A stretch of DNA of 64,000 bases from Cyclobacteriaceae bacterium (GCA_049115735.1 JAGDZP010000009.1:36355-100354), one strand, 5' to 3'. Positions 10,043-20,320 are shown, counted from the first letter of the stretch. Notes: generated from the letters alone by a model not told the origin. Translations and numbers: made by a program.

Positions 10043-12472
10043 TCCACCACCAACATTACAATACCCCGAACCAATAGGAGATCCGTCTGGGATTTTTGGA
10101 ATCGATGATAATGGAATAGATTTCATTTTCTCTATTTGACCAATGAGGTATTTGTTGAAGATCAAGTTTTCAGAGTTCTCCGAGGTTTTCTGGCTAAGCA
10201 ACTCCTTGATTTCATCAAGCTTAAATTTTACGATAGCATTAACCTGTGGAAGGGTTTTATGGCTTTTAGCCAGGTGAATCATATGATTGATTATATTGAA
10301 TTGAATCAGGTTCTGAACCTCTTGCAAATATGGTTTAGAACTTACGGATAACTTAAATGTGGTGCTAACTATTTCGTCAATGACATCAATCAGCCCAATT
10401 TGACCAGGGTCAAGGCTCTTTTGCTGGATAAGTCTGGACGCTCTTTGCGGATGGAATATGAATCGGAGCGTGATATTACTTGCAGTAGAGGCTGCACTCA
10501 GAGCATCAAAAGAAACTCCTGTTCTACCTTTAAATGATTCTCTAGTTCTGCCATAGGCTATTGCTCTGGGAGGAAAGAGTGCAAGTTTGTTTTCTGGTAT
10601 GGCAAGAACTTCTGGAGACAAAGTTTTTAATATAGTTGATAGAGCTTGTTTCTGAGTAGTTACTTCCACAGGTTCAGATATGATCTGTCCATCACCTTTG
10701 ACAGCATAGTTGTAATCCATTCCACCAATCAGTTTAGCTACTGCTTCAGTTTGATATCTGTGTAGAAAGTATAACGGGACAAATAAATCTTCGAGGATTG
10801 AGTAGGGCTCATTGCTTCGAATATTATCTTCTGAAAAGTTAGCAATGGCAGCCTTGCGTATAGAAAGGAGATTATCTAACTCAGACGAAGCATCAATACC
10901 ATTGTCCCACAAGTGAGCATAAGCATGGGAACCACTGGCAGAGCGTGCATCGTTATCTGAAATGTATCTTAAGCCATCATCTTGAGCCTGAGTCAGGATT
11001 TTGTTCAGCTCAACTCGTTCGTTCTTATTTTCATCGAACTCAGCATAGGAATAGGCAACAGTCACTTTGTCCCATTTGCCCATGCCTGTATCATAGGCAT
11101 TAGAAAAATCAACTTCTCCATTTTTTAGGGATAATTTTGGATGTGGATAATCCATTACAGAAGCTCGGTTGTTCGCGCTAGAAGCAAAGTTGTGACTAAA
11201 GCCAAGGGTATGACCTACCTCGTGTGCTGAGAGTTGCCTTATCCTTGCCAGGGCCAGTTCTAGCATCGCTTGATTGTTATCATCTTGATTAGCAAAGGGT
11301 TTGTTCATAAGTGCCTGGGCAATCAAAAAGTCCTGACGAATCCGTAGACTCCCCAGGCTAACATGGCCTTTTATAATTTCTCCGGTTCGAGGATCGACAA
11401 CACCGTTTCCATAGCTCCAACCCCTGGTAGACCGGTGCACCCATTGAATAACATTATACCTCACATCCATTGGATCCGCATCATGTGGGAGTATTCTTAT
11501 CTGAAAAGCATCTTTATACCCTATGGATTCAAAAGCTTCATTCCACCAGGCAGCACCGTCAAGAAGGGCTGAGCGAATAGGTTCAGGTGTTCCATTATCC
11601 AAATAGTATACAATGGGCTCAATGGCTTCACTTATCGCGGCATTTGGATTCTTCTTTTTCAACCTATGTCTACCTATTACTCTTTTTACGATGGATTCTT
11701 CGACAGGAGCAGAGTAATCCATGTATGACAATGAGAATGAGCCACACCTGGGGTCAAATGCTCTGGGTTCATAGTTGTTATCTGGTAGCTCGATGAACGA
11801 ATGGTGCTCAACAACTGATACCAGGTTAGGATTGGGTGTTACTGACTTAATGTAGCCTCCCTTTGCTTTTCCACTAAATGTCAAAAGAGCTTCAAATTCA
11901 ACATTTTTTGGAAATGCTTTAGTCCGCGTCATTTCCAACGCACTTTTAGAAGGATCAAGTTCGTAATTCCCTTGATCAGCCTCTTTTAATGTATTGATAA
12001 CACCAAAAGTATCCTGAATTAGAAAGTCAGTGATATCAATTAGATGGGCATTTTTTTGACTTTCAAGAATGGGAAATCCAAATAAAACAGACTTGGCAAA
12101 AGCTTGTTCTACTGATAATTTTTCCAATGGATTATCAGAGCTTGCACGGAAATCCATATTTGGCTGGATCAAGAGTAACTTGTTTCCCGATTTTTGAAAG
12201 TAGACAATTTGAGTTTGCCCAAGCTTCCCTCTGTCTAAACCTAAATCATTGCTTCCAATCCCGCTACTCAGAGAATATATGTATATGAACTCCGTATTTA
12301 ATTTGTCTACTTCCAGGAAAATCCGATCCTCATATTCATGGTAGTAAAAGCTAAAGAATCCAGATTGTTTGTCAAGATTCTTAGTTGTCTCAAAAGATTG
12401 ACCATGTGAGAAATTCAATATCGACAAGGATATAAGGAAAAAGAAGGCTATTTTTTTCATAGTATGAGTCAA
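10034..12472 (-). CDS. Secreted zinc-dependent metalloprotease (zincin, HExxH) with a large N-terminal domain
   Basis: Signal peptide MKKIAFFFLISLSILNFSHGQ and HEVGHTLGFSHNF zincin motif. 812 aa. Confidence 0.7.
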   Translation of the reverse strand: MTHTMKKIAFFFLISLSILNFSHGQSFETTKNLDKQSGFFSFYYHEYEDRIFLEVDKLNTEFIYIYSLSSGIGSNDLGLDRGKLGQTQIVYFQKSGNKLLLIQPNMDFRASSDNPLEKLSVEQAFAKSVLFGFPILESQKNAHLIDITDFLIQDTFGVINTLKEADQGNYELDPSKSALEMTRTKAFPKNVEFEALLTFSGKAKGGYIKSVTPNPNLVSVVEHHSFIELPDNNYEPRAFDPRCGSFSLSYMDYSAPVEESIVKRVIGRHRLKKKNPNAAISEAIEPIVYYLDNGTPEPIRSALLDGAAWWNEAFESIGYKDAFQIRILPHDADPMDVRYNVIQWVHRSTRGWSYGNGVVDPRTGEIIKGHVSLGSLRIRQDFLIAQALMNKPFANQDDNNQAMLELALARIRQLSAHEVGHTLGFSHNFASSANNRASVMDYPHPKLSLKNGEVDFSNAYDTGMGKWDKVTVAYSYAEFDENKNERVELNKILTQAQDDGLRYISDNDARSASGSHAYAHLWDNGIDASSELDNLLSIRKAAIANFSEDNIRSNEPYSILEDLFVPLYFLHRYQTEAVAKLIGGMDYNYAVKGDGQIISEPVEVTTQKQALSTILKTLSPEVLAIPENKLALFPPRAIAYGRTRESFKGRTGVSFDALSAASTASNITLRFIFHPQRASRLIQQKSLDPGQIGLIDVIDEIVSTTFKLSVSSKPYLQEVQNLIQFNIINHMIHLAKSHKTLPQVNAIVKFKLDEIKELLSQKTSENSENLIFNKYLIGQIEKMKSIPLSSIPKIPDGSPIGSGYCNVGGGSN

Positions 12473-12675
12473 GAAGTGGTGAGAATTAAATCTACAGAAA
12501 AATGGCGAAATGAAATTCAGACATTCGGTAGAGGAATTGATTGATTTGGTGCATAATGGGCATACCCACTACCACGTAGTACAATACCGACTTTGGGGTA
12601 TTGGAAGATTTAAACTCGCTGACTAGATTTGAATTATGTTTGAACTTAAAATACAAAAAATAAATAATTAAGCGC

Positions 12676-14589
12676 ATGAAAACTTCTTACTTAAAACTTT
12701 CAGTAGTAGCCCTGGTGATCACTTTGATGTCTGGTCTGGCAAATGCTCAGGACGCCATGTGGCAACTTGATTTCGAAAAGGAAATTGTATTTAATGAGAA
12801 TACTGACACTGGTATTCTTTTGGTTGGCACCAGCGACTGGGTGCTTCATGGTATAGACACTCGTGATGGAAATAAGCTTTGGTCGAGTGAAATAATGAAT
12901 GGCGCAAAGCAGGTGAGAGGAGCAGATGGGAAGAAAGTGAATGCTCAACATGCTTTTGATAATTACATCAATATTTTAGAAGACCCGGATTACCCTGAAA
13001 TTTCTGACTTTGTGGAAATTAAGTACAAAGATGGAACAGGCTTATATAAGAATTATGCTGTAATCAACCTTCACACGGGTGAAGAAGTGATGAGCCCAAA
13101 GAAAGCTGAAATGCCTTCTATGAAGATGCTTGGAAAGGAAATGATTACTTTCAATTATAATGGTACAGGTTATGTACCCGCTCTACGAATGATAATTATT
13201 TCTGCGGGTTATGCTGACTTAAAAAATGGTGGAGAATGGGTGAATGTTACTAAAATGGTGGAACTGCCTAGTGCAAAAGTCATTTGGACAAGCAATGATG
13301 TTGCGGTTGATGGTTTCCCTTATGTTATGGAAAATGGTGACATTGTACTTCCGGGTCCTACTCAAATAGCAAGGCTGAATTCCAAAACTGGGGCGGTGAA
13401 ATGGTCTTACAACACAACAAATAAGAAGCAGTTCTTCGTGAGTTTTGACTTAAGTCTGGATTTAACTACTGGTTATTTCTTCGAGAAAAAGAAAAATAGC
13501 GGCGCATTGTCAGCAGTGGATATGGGGTCTGGAACAAAGAAATGGGAGCAAGAATTGAAGCTCAAAGAAGTACCTACTATGTCAGCGATGGGATACGGAG
13601 TTGTAACTATTGATTCGAAAAATTTCAAACTGTATGATTTGGAAAGTGGGTCTGTCAAATGGACTGCCAAGAAAATCGACGGTTATGTAGTAGATCTGGG
13701 AGATAAAGGAATAGCCGCAACATCTAAGGGTAAAAGATTGGTCTTGATGGATAAAGAAACAGGATCAATCATTTGGGATGAAAAAATCTCGGGAATTCAA
13801 ATTGATCAAATTGCTGCAAATGGAATTATGTATTCTGATGCGAAAGGTCGACTTGGTTATATTCAATATGATGGCCAAAAAATTTGGGATAAGAAAGGAA
13901 TGCTTGAAGTTCCTTCTCTAAGATACAAGCCAGAGTTCACCAAGGAAATCATGTTGATCGATGGTGATTTATATGAAATAGATTTGATGACTGGAGATTA
14001 TTCCGTTTTGAAAGCCAAATTAAATAGTGAATTCGGAGGTGGCAAAGATGCTGCTCCAACCAGCGTTGAATTAGTTGATGGTGGATACTTATTCACAGAC
14101 GCACAAAACCTTGTTATGCTTGAGACTGACGGGTCTGTTCGATTTAAGAATTACTGGGAAGCACCCGGCCTAAGCATGGCCGCAAAAATTGCCCTAAGAG
14201 TAGGTCAGGCAGCTGCCATTGCAATGGCTGCAAGTTCAGCCATGGAATCGAGCCGACATAGAGGGCCATACGGAGGAGATACTTATTATAGTAAAATGTA
14301 TGCTCAACAAGCAGACGATTGGGCCAATATCGCAGGTATGGCAGGAGCAGCTACTAAGCAGAAGTTTAGTGCAACAGTGTCCAAAGGAAATATCAGGATG
14401 ATCCTTACCAGAGTCGGTGAGGGTGGACAAGGAAAAAGTTCTGGTATTGTGAAAGTAGACAAGAGGACCGGTGAAGAGCTTGGATCTTTGCTGCTAGGAG
14501 ATAAAAAACCAGTATATGATTATGACCCAGTGTCTGGGCAGGTTTTCTTCAAGGCCGAAAATAAGACAATCATTAGCTACAGCTTATAA
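12676..14589 (+). CDS. Secreted protein with PQQ-like beta-propeller repeats
   Basis: Signal peptide (LANAQ) and repeated G-x-x-K/I-W-S/T motifs (GNKLWSS, GAVKWSY, GSVKWTA, GSIIWDE) as in BamB/PQQ propellers. Confidence 0.45.
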   Translation: MKTSYLKLSVVALVITLMSGLANAQDAMWQLDFEKEIVFNENTDTGILLVGTSDWVLHGIDTRDGNKLWSSEIMNGAKQVRGADGKKVNAQHAFDNYINILEDPDYPEISDFVEIKYKDGTGLYKNYAVINLHTGEEVMSPKKAEMPSMKMLGKEMITFNYNGTGYVPALRMIIISAGYADLKNGGEWVNVTKMVELPSAKVIWTSNDVAVDGFPYVMENGDIVLPGPTQIARLNSKTGAVKWSYNTTNKKQFFVSFDLSLDLTTGYFFEKKKNSGALSAVDMGSGTKKWEQELKLKEVPTMSAMGYGVVTIDSKNFKLYDLESGSVKWTAKKIDGYVVDLGDKGIAATSKGKRLVLMDKETGSIIWDEKISGIQIDQIAANGIMYSDAKGRLGYIQYDGQKIWDKKGMLEVPSLRYKPEFTKEIMLIDGDLYEIDLMTGDYSVLKAKLNSEFGGGKDAAPTSVELVDGGYLFTDAQNLVMLETDGSVRFKNYWEAPGLSMAAKIALRVGQAAAIAMAASSAMESSRHRGPYGGDTYYSKMYAQQADDWANIAGMAGAATKQKFSATVSKGNIRMILTRVGEGGQGKSSGIVKVDKRTGEELGSLLLGDKKPVYDYDPVSGQVFFKAENKTIISYSL

Positions 14590-14611
14590 TTAGTAAATAG
14601 TTAAATAATTC

Positions 14612-14673
14612 TAAGTCCGTGGTTGGTGATATCAAGGTCATTAATGACTGTTGACCATCGATCACGGACTTAC
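14612..14673 (+). promoter_or_regulatory. Long perfect inverted repeat (10-bp arms TAAGTCCGTG/CACGGACTTA) enclosing a second palindrome GTCATTAATGAC, located between convergently unrelated genes
   Basis: Read directly from the sequence. No T-tract follows, so it could be a terminator-like hairpin or an operator for the downstream WD40-caspase gene. Confidence 0.4.
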
Positions 14674-14696
14674 TGCATTTCAATCATTAACAAGCC

Positions 14697-17600
14697 ATGA
14701 ACAGACTTATATTATTATGCCTGATACCAGTCACACTCTTTGCTCAGCAAGCGGAACTTGTCATTCGTCAGGGGCACAAAGAGGAGATCAATATGGTCAA
14801 ATATTCGCCCACAGGCGCACATATTTATTCAGCTAGTGATGATAAGAGCATCAAAATGTGGGACGTGAATACTGGTATTGACGTCAGTACATTTAATGCC
14901 CATGAAGCCGGAGTAAATTGTATAGATCTGTCCAAAGATGGTAAAACATTGATTTCAGGTGGAAAAGATGGAAAGATAATAATCTGGGACACCTCTACCG
15001 GGAATGTGCTAACCTCGATTGAGGGTCATGAGGGAAGTGTGAATACTGCCAAACTTTCGGCAGATGGCCAAATGATTGTGTCTGGAGGAGAGGATGAAAT
15101 AGTTCGATTATGGAATATTAATGGAGACAGTATAAAATCTGTCCGTGGATTTAGTGCTCCTATTACTAATCTCGCAATATCACCAGATGGTGAGAGAATA
15201 GTTACAGGAGGAGGCAAAAACAATGCTCCTGAAGTTAAGCTGATAGATACTGAAAAAGGTATGATCATAGCAGATGCTCTAGACAATGTAAAGGGGTCTG
15301 GAGCAGCTCTTGCTTATACTAAGGTGATCATGACAGGGTTTGCGGTGGTTGGCAATGTGGCAAATGGAAGGATAGGAAAGGGGATGACCACAATTTTTGT
15401 AATGAAATATTCTAATATAGAATTTACTAATGATGGGAAGAAGATACTCTTTTCAATGAACATCTATACACCGTTTATTGCAGCAAAGGGTGAAGAGGAA
15501 GATACGGGTAATGCAAGTGTCATGATAGCCTCACTTTCTGAAGATAGAAATCAATTTGCAGCTATGAAAAAACCAGTTCAGTGGCAATTGAATAACTCCA
15601 GAGGTGTAGCGGTTTACAATAAGGATCAAACAAAGGTTATAGTAAATGAAGCCAGATCAGTGGTTGTCTACGATGTGGCGGATGCTAATTTCCCTGAGGC
15701 TGGAAATAAAGAAGCCGTGAAATATGTACCACCGATTGTTCAGGAGATAAAAAACATCACCAAGAATACAAACTGGTTAGCTCTTTCACCAGATTATCGT
15801 ACAGTAGTCACTTCTGATGTTAACCGTGAAATGAAATTATATGACTTTGAATCTGGTAGAAAAATACGGGATTTACAAGGTTATGTGCAGCCTGCACTGG
15901 CTGTTGATGTTATGCCAGATGGCAAGCACATTTTGGTCGGTTCGGCAGATCGAAATATGACAATGTGGGATATTACCTCCGGTCAAATGGTTCGATCTTT
16001 TGAAAGAACACCCAACATCAATAGTATAGACATCTCAAAAAGTGGAAAAGGAATAGCAACAACCGAATTGAATTCCTTGTACCTAAAGGTATGGAATGTA
16101 ACATCTGGCAGGGTAACAAAGTCTCTAATGGAGAAAAAGGATGGAATGGATTGGATAAAATTCGATCCGAGTGATAACGATAAAGTCTGGACCCATACGA
16201 CAAGTGGAGAAACTAAAGAATGGTCATTGAGTGCCAGAAAAAACAAGAAATTAAAAGTGGATTACTCCACACTGGAGGACAAGTTCAAGACTGGAGACTT
16301 CAGTGTGACTTTTGATGCCTATGATTTAAGTGTAAAAAAAGGTGGTTCTGAACTTTTCTCAGATACTCAAAGTGGTATTATAACTGATGCAGTTTTCAGT
16401 AAAGACCTTAAACTTTTAATCACTACCAATGAAACAGGTGAAATAGCCTTATATGACCTGAACACAAAGAAAAGAGCAGCGACAATGGCACTTATTGGAG
16501 AAGGTGAATTTATAACCTTTACTCCTGACTTCTATTATACATCCTCCAAGGGAGCTGCTAAAGCGATAGCATTTAAAACATCGAATAAAATTTTGCCTGT
16601 TGAGCAATTGGAGTTGAAGTATAACAGACCGGATTTAGTTGTAAGCCGAATTGGATATGCTTCCCTCAAATTGATTGCTTCGTACAAAGCGGCTTATGAA
16701 AGAAGGATCAAACGACTGGGTTTTAGCGAGTCAGATCTGACAAACAACCTTGAAGTGCCAGAAGTTTCGATAAATGCTTCGGCACTCCCTTTAGAAACAG
16801 ATCAAAGGCCAATTTCATTTACAATAAAAGCAAAGGACGCAAGCAGTACAATCAAAAGTTTACAAGTGTATGCTAATGATGTTCCGGTATTTGGCTCAAA
16901 AGGTATTGATGTATCTGGCCTGTCATCTAAGGAGGTTTCCAAAGATGTAACCTTCGATTTGTCAGCAGAATTGAATGAAATAAAAGTAACAGCAATAAAC
17001 GCGAAAGGACAAGAGTCTATCCCAGAGTTTTTCGAGATTCAGTATACGGCCGAATGGGACAAACCGGATCTTTATATTGTAGCTGTTGGAGTGTCTGAAT
17101 ATCAGCAATCCAATTACAACCTGGCTTTTGCAGCTAAAGACGCAAATGATATCATAAATACCCTAAAAGGATCCAGCGCTTATGGAAATGTCAATGTCAA
17201 GTTGATAACTAATGAACAGGCAACCTCAGACAATATTAAGTCTATTAGATCATTTGTTGAAAGTGCCAAGGTAGATGATGTCGTAATGATTTTTATTGCC
17301 GGTCATGGAGTATTGGACAATGACTACAACTATTATTTTGCAACGCATAATATAGATTTTAGCAACCCTGCCAATGGTGGTCTTCCGTATGGAGAGCTGG
17401 AAAGAATAATCGATGGATTGAATTGCCGCAATAAATTGTTAATGATGGATACCTGCCATTCGGGGGAACTTGACGATAATGACGTAGAGGAAGCTACGGC
17501 TCAAACAAAAGCCGTCGGGTCAGTGTCTTTCCGTTCAGCTGGAGCATTGGTTAAACTAAAAGAAAATAGTTTTGGACTTGAAAATACATTAGAGTTATCC

Positions 17601-17885
17601 AAAGCACTTTTTGGTGACATGAAGAAAGGAACTGGTGCGACTGTTATTTCTGCGGCAGGTGGAACTGAATTCGCCGCTGAAGGTGTAAATTCTTCTAATG
17701 GTTTGTTTACAGGTAGCTTTATCGAAGGAATAAAAACACGTTACGCTGATTGGAATCGCGACAGGGCTTACACTGTATCAGAAATGAGAAATTTCGTAAG
17801 TAAACAGGTAATAAAGAAAAGTAGAGGAAATCAGGTACCTACCTCCAGAGAAGAGAATATTAAAAATGATTTTAGGCTTTATTGA
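14697..17885 (+). CDS. Signal-peptide-bearing WD40 beta-propeller protein fused to a caspase-like (peptidase C14) domain
   Basis: N-terminal signal peptide (CLIPVTLFAQQ) and multiple WD40 units (GGKDGKIIIWDTSTG, IVRLWNINGD, MTMWDITSGQ, LKVWNVTSGR). The caspase domain shows the IFIAGHG (His-Gly) and MMDTCHSGE (Cys) catalytic dyad signatures. An Ig-like stretch lies before the caspase domain. Confidence 0.75.
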   Translation: MNRLILLCLIPVTLFAQQAELVIRQGHKEEINMVKYSPTGAHIYSASDDKSIKMWDVNTGIDVSTFNAHEAGVNCIDLSKDGKTLISGGKDGKIIIWDTSTGNVLTSIEGHEGSVNTAKLSADGQMIVSGGEDEIVRLWNINGDSIKSVRGFSAPITNLAISPDGERIVTGGGKNNAPEVKLIDTEKGMIIADALDNVKGSGAALAYTKVIMTGFAVVGNVANGRIGKGMTTIFVMKYSNIEFTNDGKKILFSMNIYTPFIAAKGEEEDTGNASVMIASLSEDRNQFAAMKKPVQWQLNNSRGVAVYNKDQTKVIVNEARSVVVYDVADANFPEAGNKEAVKYVPPIVQEIKNITKNTNWLALSPDYRTVVTSDVNREMKLYDFESGRKIRDLQGYVQPALAVDVMPDGKHILVGSADRNMTMWDITSGQMVRSFERTPNINSIDISKSGKGIATTELNSLYLKVWNVTSGRVTKSLMEKKDGMDWIKFDPSDNDKVWTHTTSGETKEWSLSARKNKKLKVDYSTLEDKFKTGDFSVTFDAYDLSVKKGGSELFSDTQSGIITDAVFSKDLKLLITTNETGEIALYDLNTKKRAATMALIGEGEFITFTPDFYYTSSKGAAKAIAFKTSNKILPVEQLELKYNRPDLVVSRIGYASLKLIASYKAAYERRIKRLGFSESDLTNNLEVPEVSINASALPLETDQRPISFTIKAKDASSTIKSLQVYANDVPVFGSKGIDVSGLSSKEVSKDVTFDLSAELNEIKVTAINAKGQESIPEFFEIQYTAEWDKPDLYIVAVGVSEYQQSNYNLAFAAKDANDIINTLKGSSAYGNVNVKLITNEQATSDNIKSIRSFVESAKVDDVVMIFIAGHGVLDNDYNYYFATHNIDFSNPANGGLPYGELERIIDGLNCRNKLLMMDTCHSGELDDNDVEEATAQTKAVGSVSFRSAGALVKLKENSFGLENTLELSKALFGDMKKGTGATVISAAGGTEFAAEGVNSSNGLFTGSFIEGIKTRYADWNRDRAYTVSEMRNFVSKQVIKKSRGNQVPTSREENIKNDFRLY

Positions 17886-17934
17886 CACTTAATATTAACT
17901 ATTAACTTTAAGCTAAACCATAAATAGATATCAC

Positions 17935-18726
17935 ATGAAAGCGAGACTTCTATTATTGACTGTTTTGATTGCCGCAGCATTAGGCGCAAACGCACAGACC
18001 TATACAGTCATTCACGCTATTGGTAAGATATACGAATCAAAGAGTGGGAAATACCTGACCAAAGGAATGAGGCTAAGCGAAAGTGCTGAGTTAAAATTTG
18101 AAACTTCAGGTGCAAAGGCCGCCGTGCTCAGCTCCAAGAGAGGGCGTTTTGTGATACAAGAGAAATCTAGTAGTTCATCTGGCCAGGGGGAATTAGCTTA
18201 TGCACTAGCTGCAGTACTTTCTCCAGCAAGAGGTCGATTGAGTACAAGGGCAGGGGGTATCAACAATCAGCTTGATTTTCAAAAGAAATTTGGGGAAGGA
18301 CCAGTTGCTATTGTAGGCGATGAATATAAAGTTGCTGTGTCTCCAACGGCCTATCCGATGAGCGACAACAAGTTTTTCTATGCGAGCTACTCGTACAATG
18401 GAGAGCCAATCAATAAGAAACTTTCGAGAGACGGGGATTCACTGGTTTTTGATGTACCTGCATTCTACTCAGTAGATGACAAGCCAATAGATCCTACAAC
18501 TACATCAGATACTAAACTGTTTTATTACAATGCTGGTGCGCAGGAGTCCACTCTTATTACAGCCTTGGAATTATCAATCATTACCAAGGACGATCTGAAG
18601 TCTATTGTAGAGAGTTTAGCTGATTTGCCTGCAGAAGAGAAGAAAAACTTTGTACTGGAGATCGTCACTGAGTTTTATGGCAAATGCTCTGATGATGATG
18701 TGGAAAAAGCCCTTAACAGCTTGTAA
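17935..18726 (+). CDS. Secreted hypothetical protein (263 aa)
   Basis: Signal peptide AALGANAQ. No recognisable motif. Co-directional with and tightly spaced after the WD40-caspase gene. Confidence 0.45.
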   Translation: MKARLLLLTVLIAAALGANAQTYTVIHAIGKIYESKSGKYLTKGMRLSESAELKFETSGAKAAVLSSKRGRFVIQEKSSSSSGQGELAYALAAVLSPARGRLSTRAGGINNQLDFQKKFGEGPVAIVGDEYKVAVSPTAYPMSDNKFFYASYSYNGEPINKKLSRDGDSLVFDVPAFYSVDDKPIDPTTTSDTKLFYYNAGAQESTLITALELSIITKDDLKSIVESLADLPAEEKKNFVLEIVTEFYGKCSDDDVEKALNSL

Positions 18727-18735
18727 ACTCAGTTT

Positions 18736-19134
18736 ATGTCTGATAGTTATATCATTGAGCAGGCTGTCAAGCTAAAAGAGGAAGGCTATGATTTTGGAAA
18801 GATCAGAGCTTACCTGAGCAATGCAGGCCACTCCAATGATGACATCAGTTCTGTTTTTAAAATCATGGATGAACGGGAAATTCATGATCTTCAATTCAAT
18901 CAGCGACTCAATACGGCAAGGGTGCAATTGATAGCCTCTCTTGTACTGACATGCGCCGGTGTGATATACAATTTGTACAGGTTTGGGCTAGAAGACAAAA
19001 TAGACTTTATCATATTATTGATACCCCTGTCAATTTTTGTCGCAGCATATTATTCCTTCAAGTCGATAAGGGCCAAAAGATATACTGCCAAAAGTATTCT
19101 ATTTGAAAACTTTGGAAGGAAACATAGGGAATAA
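18736..19134 (+). CDS. Small membrane protein with a cytoplasmic N-terminal helical domain and 2 TM
   Basis: 132 aa. Hydrophobic segments LIASLVLTCAGVIYNLY and FIILLIPLSIFVAAYY. 9-nt spacing from the previous gene. Confidence 0.4.
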   Translation: MSDSYIIEQAVKLKEEGYDFGKIRAYLSNAGHSNDDISSVFKIMDEREIHDLQFNQRLNTARVQLIASLVLTCAGVIYNLYRFGLEDKIDFIILLIPLSIFVAAYYSFKSIRAKRYTAKSILFENFGRKHRE

Positions 19135-19144
19135 ATAAGAGCGA

Positions 19145-20320
19145 ATGAAAATCAAAAAGATTTTTTTGGGAGTAGGGATTGTAGCTAATGCATTGATCAT
19201 GGTCTTCTTTGCTTTGTACCTAATGAAGCTGCCCTGGCTGGCTGGTGACGAAAAGTTCCTAATATGGAGTTCGTCGGCCATAAAGTTCAACAATAGGGAT
19301 ATGCCCAGCTCCGATGAGTTTGCTTTCATAAATACATCCTACGATCTCCAGCTAATAGACCGATTTGACGAGTTTGGCTTTCCTGTGGGCAATCAGGTGA
19401 TTACTGACAGGCAAAAACTGGGTATGCTAATGGACATACTTGCTTCAGGGGAGAAGAAACCGAAGTATGTTATATGTGATATTCACTTTGTGGATTCTAC
19501 AGATTTTGACAAGGAATTGCATGCTGCCTTGCGTAAGATGGACAACATCATACTCTCCTCTCATTTGAATGATAGCGGGATGGTAGATGTGCCTATTTTT
19601 AATGATATCAACAGAGGGCTATCAGATTATGTGATCGGAAGCATTTTCGATGGAGTGTATAAGTATCAGCTTTTTTATCAGGATACTTTGAAGCTTACTC
19701 CACTTAAGGTGCACGAGAAACTTTCTGGGGAAAAGGCAGAAATTATGGGGCCACTCGTGAAAATAGGTGATAGATGGACACTCAATAATTTTATCATGAA
19801 CTACAGGGTGGTGCAAAAGGATATATTAGATATGGAAGCCGGCTTCAATCCCGTTAGTCTTGGAGAGTTGCTGTTTTTGGAAGATAAGGACATACAGGAT
19901 TTTACGGCGGACAAAATAGTAGTGATAGGAGATTTCTTCGAAGCAGATATGCATGAGACACTTTTTGAAATCACCGCCGGGCCACTCATCCTTATCAATG
20001 CTTACCTCACGATCAAAGAGGGTGATGCTGTGGCAAACATTTGGTTCTTTTTCATTGTATTTGCCGTCTTTCTCTACTTAAGCTATATGGTATTTGTAGA
20101 GGGGGACTACATGGAAAAAAAGATAACCAAACTATTCGGCACGATAGCCATAGCTAAATACCTCGCAGGATTCGCAAGCTATATAACCATTCTGGCGCTA
20201 TTGTCGCTTCTTACTTTTTTCCTTTTCCACATACACCTAAATATCTTTTTCCTGGCAGTTGCATTTTACCTTATGGATAAGATTGTTGGATTTATTTACA
20301 GCAAAACCAAAAATTCGTAA
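19145..20320 (+). CDS. Membrane protein with CHASE2-like topology (N-terminal TM, ~270-aa extracytoplasmic domain, C-terminal 3-4 TM) and no output domain
   Basis: Topology read from hydrophobicity (IVANALIMVFFALYL, then a C-terminal TM cluster). The CHASE2 assignment is by architecture only. Confidence 0.35.
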   Translation: MKIKKIFLGVGIVANALIMVFFALYLMKLPWLAGDEKFLIWSSSAIKFNNRDMPSSDEFAFINTSYDLQLIDRFDEFGFPVGNQVITDRQKLGMLMDILASGEKKPKYVICDIHFVDSTDFDKELHAALRKMDNIILSSHLNDSGMVDVPIFNDINRGLSDYVIGSIFDGVYKYQLFYQDTLKLTPLKVHEKLSGEKAEIMGPLVKIGDRWTLNNFIMNYRVVQKDILDMEAGFNPVSLGELLFLEDKDIQDFTADKIVVIGDFFEADMHETLFEITAGPLILINAYLTIKEGDAVANIWFFFIVFAVFLYLSYMVFVEGDYMEKKITKLFGTIAIAKYLAGFASYITILALLSLLTFFLFHIHLNIFFLAVAFYLMDKIVGFIYSKTKNS

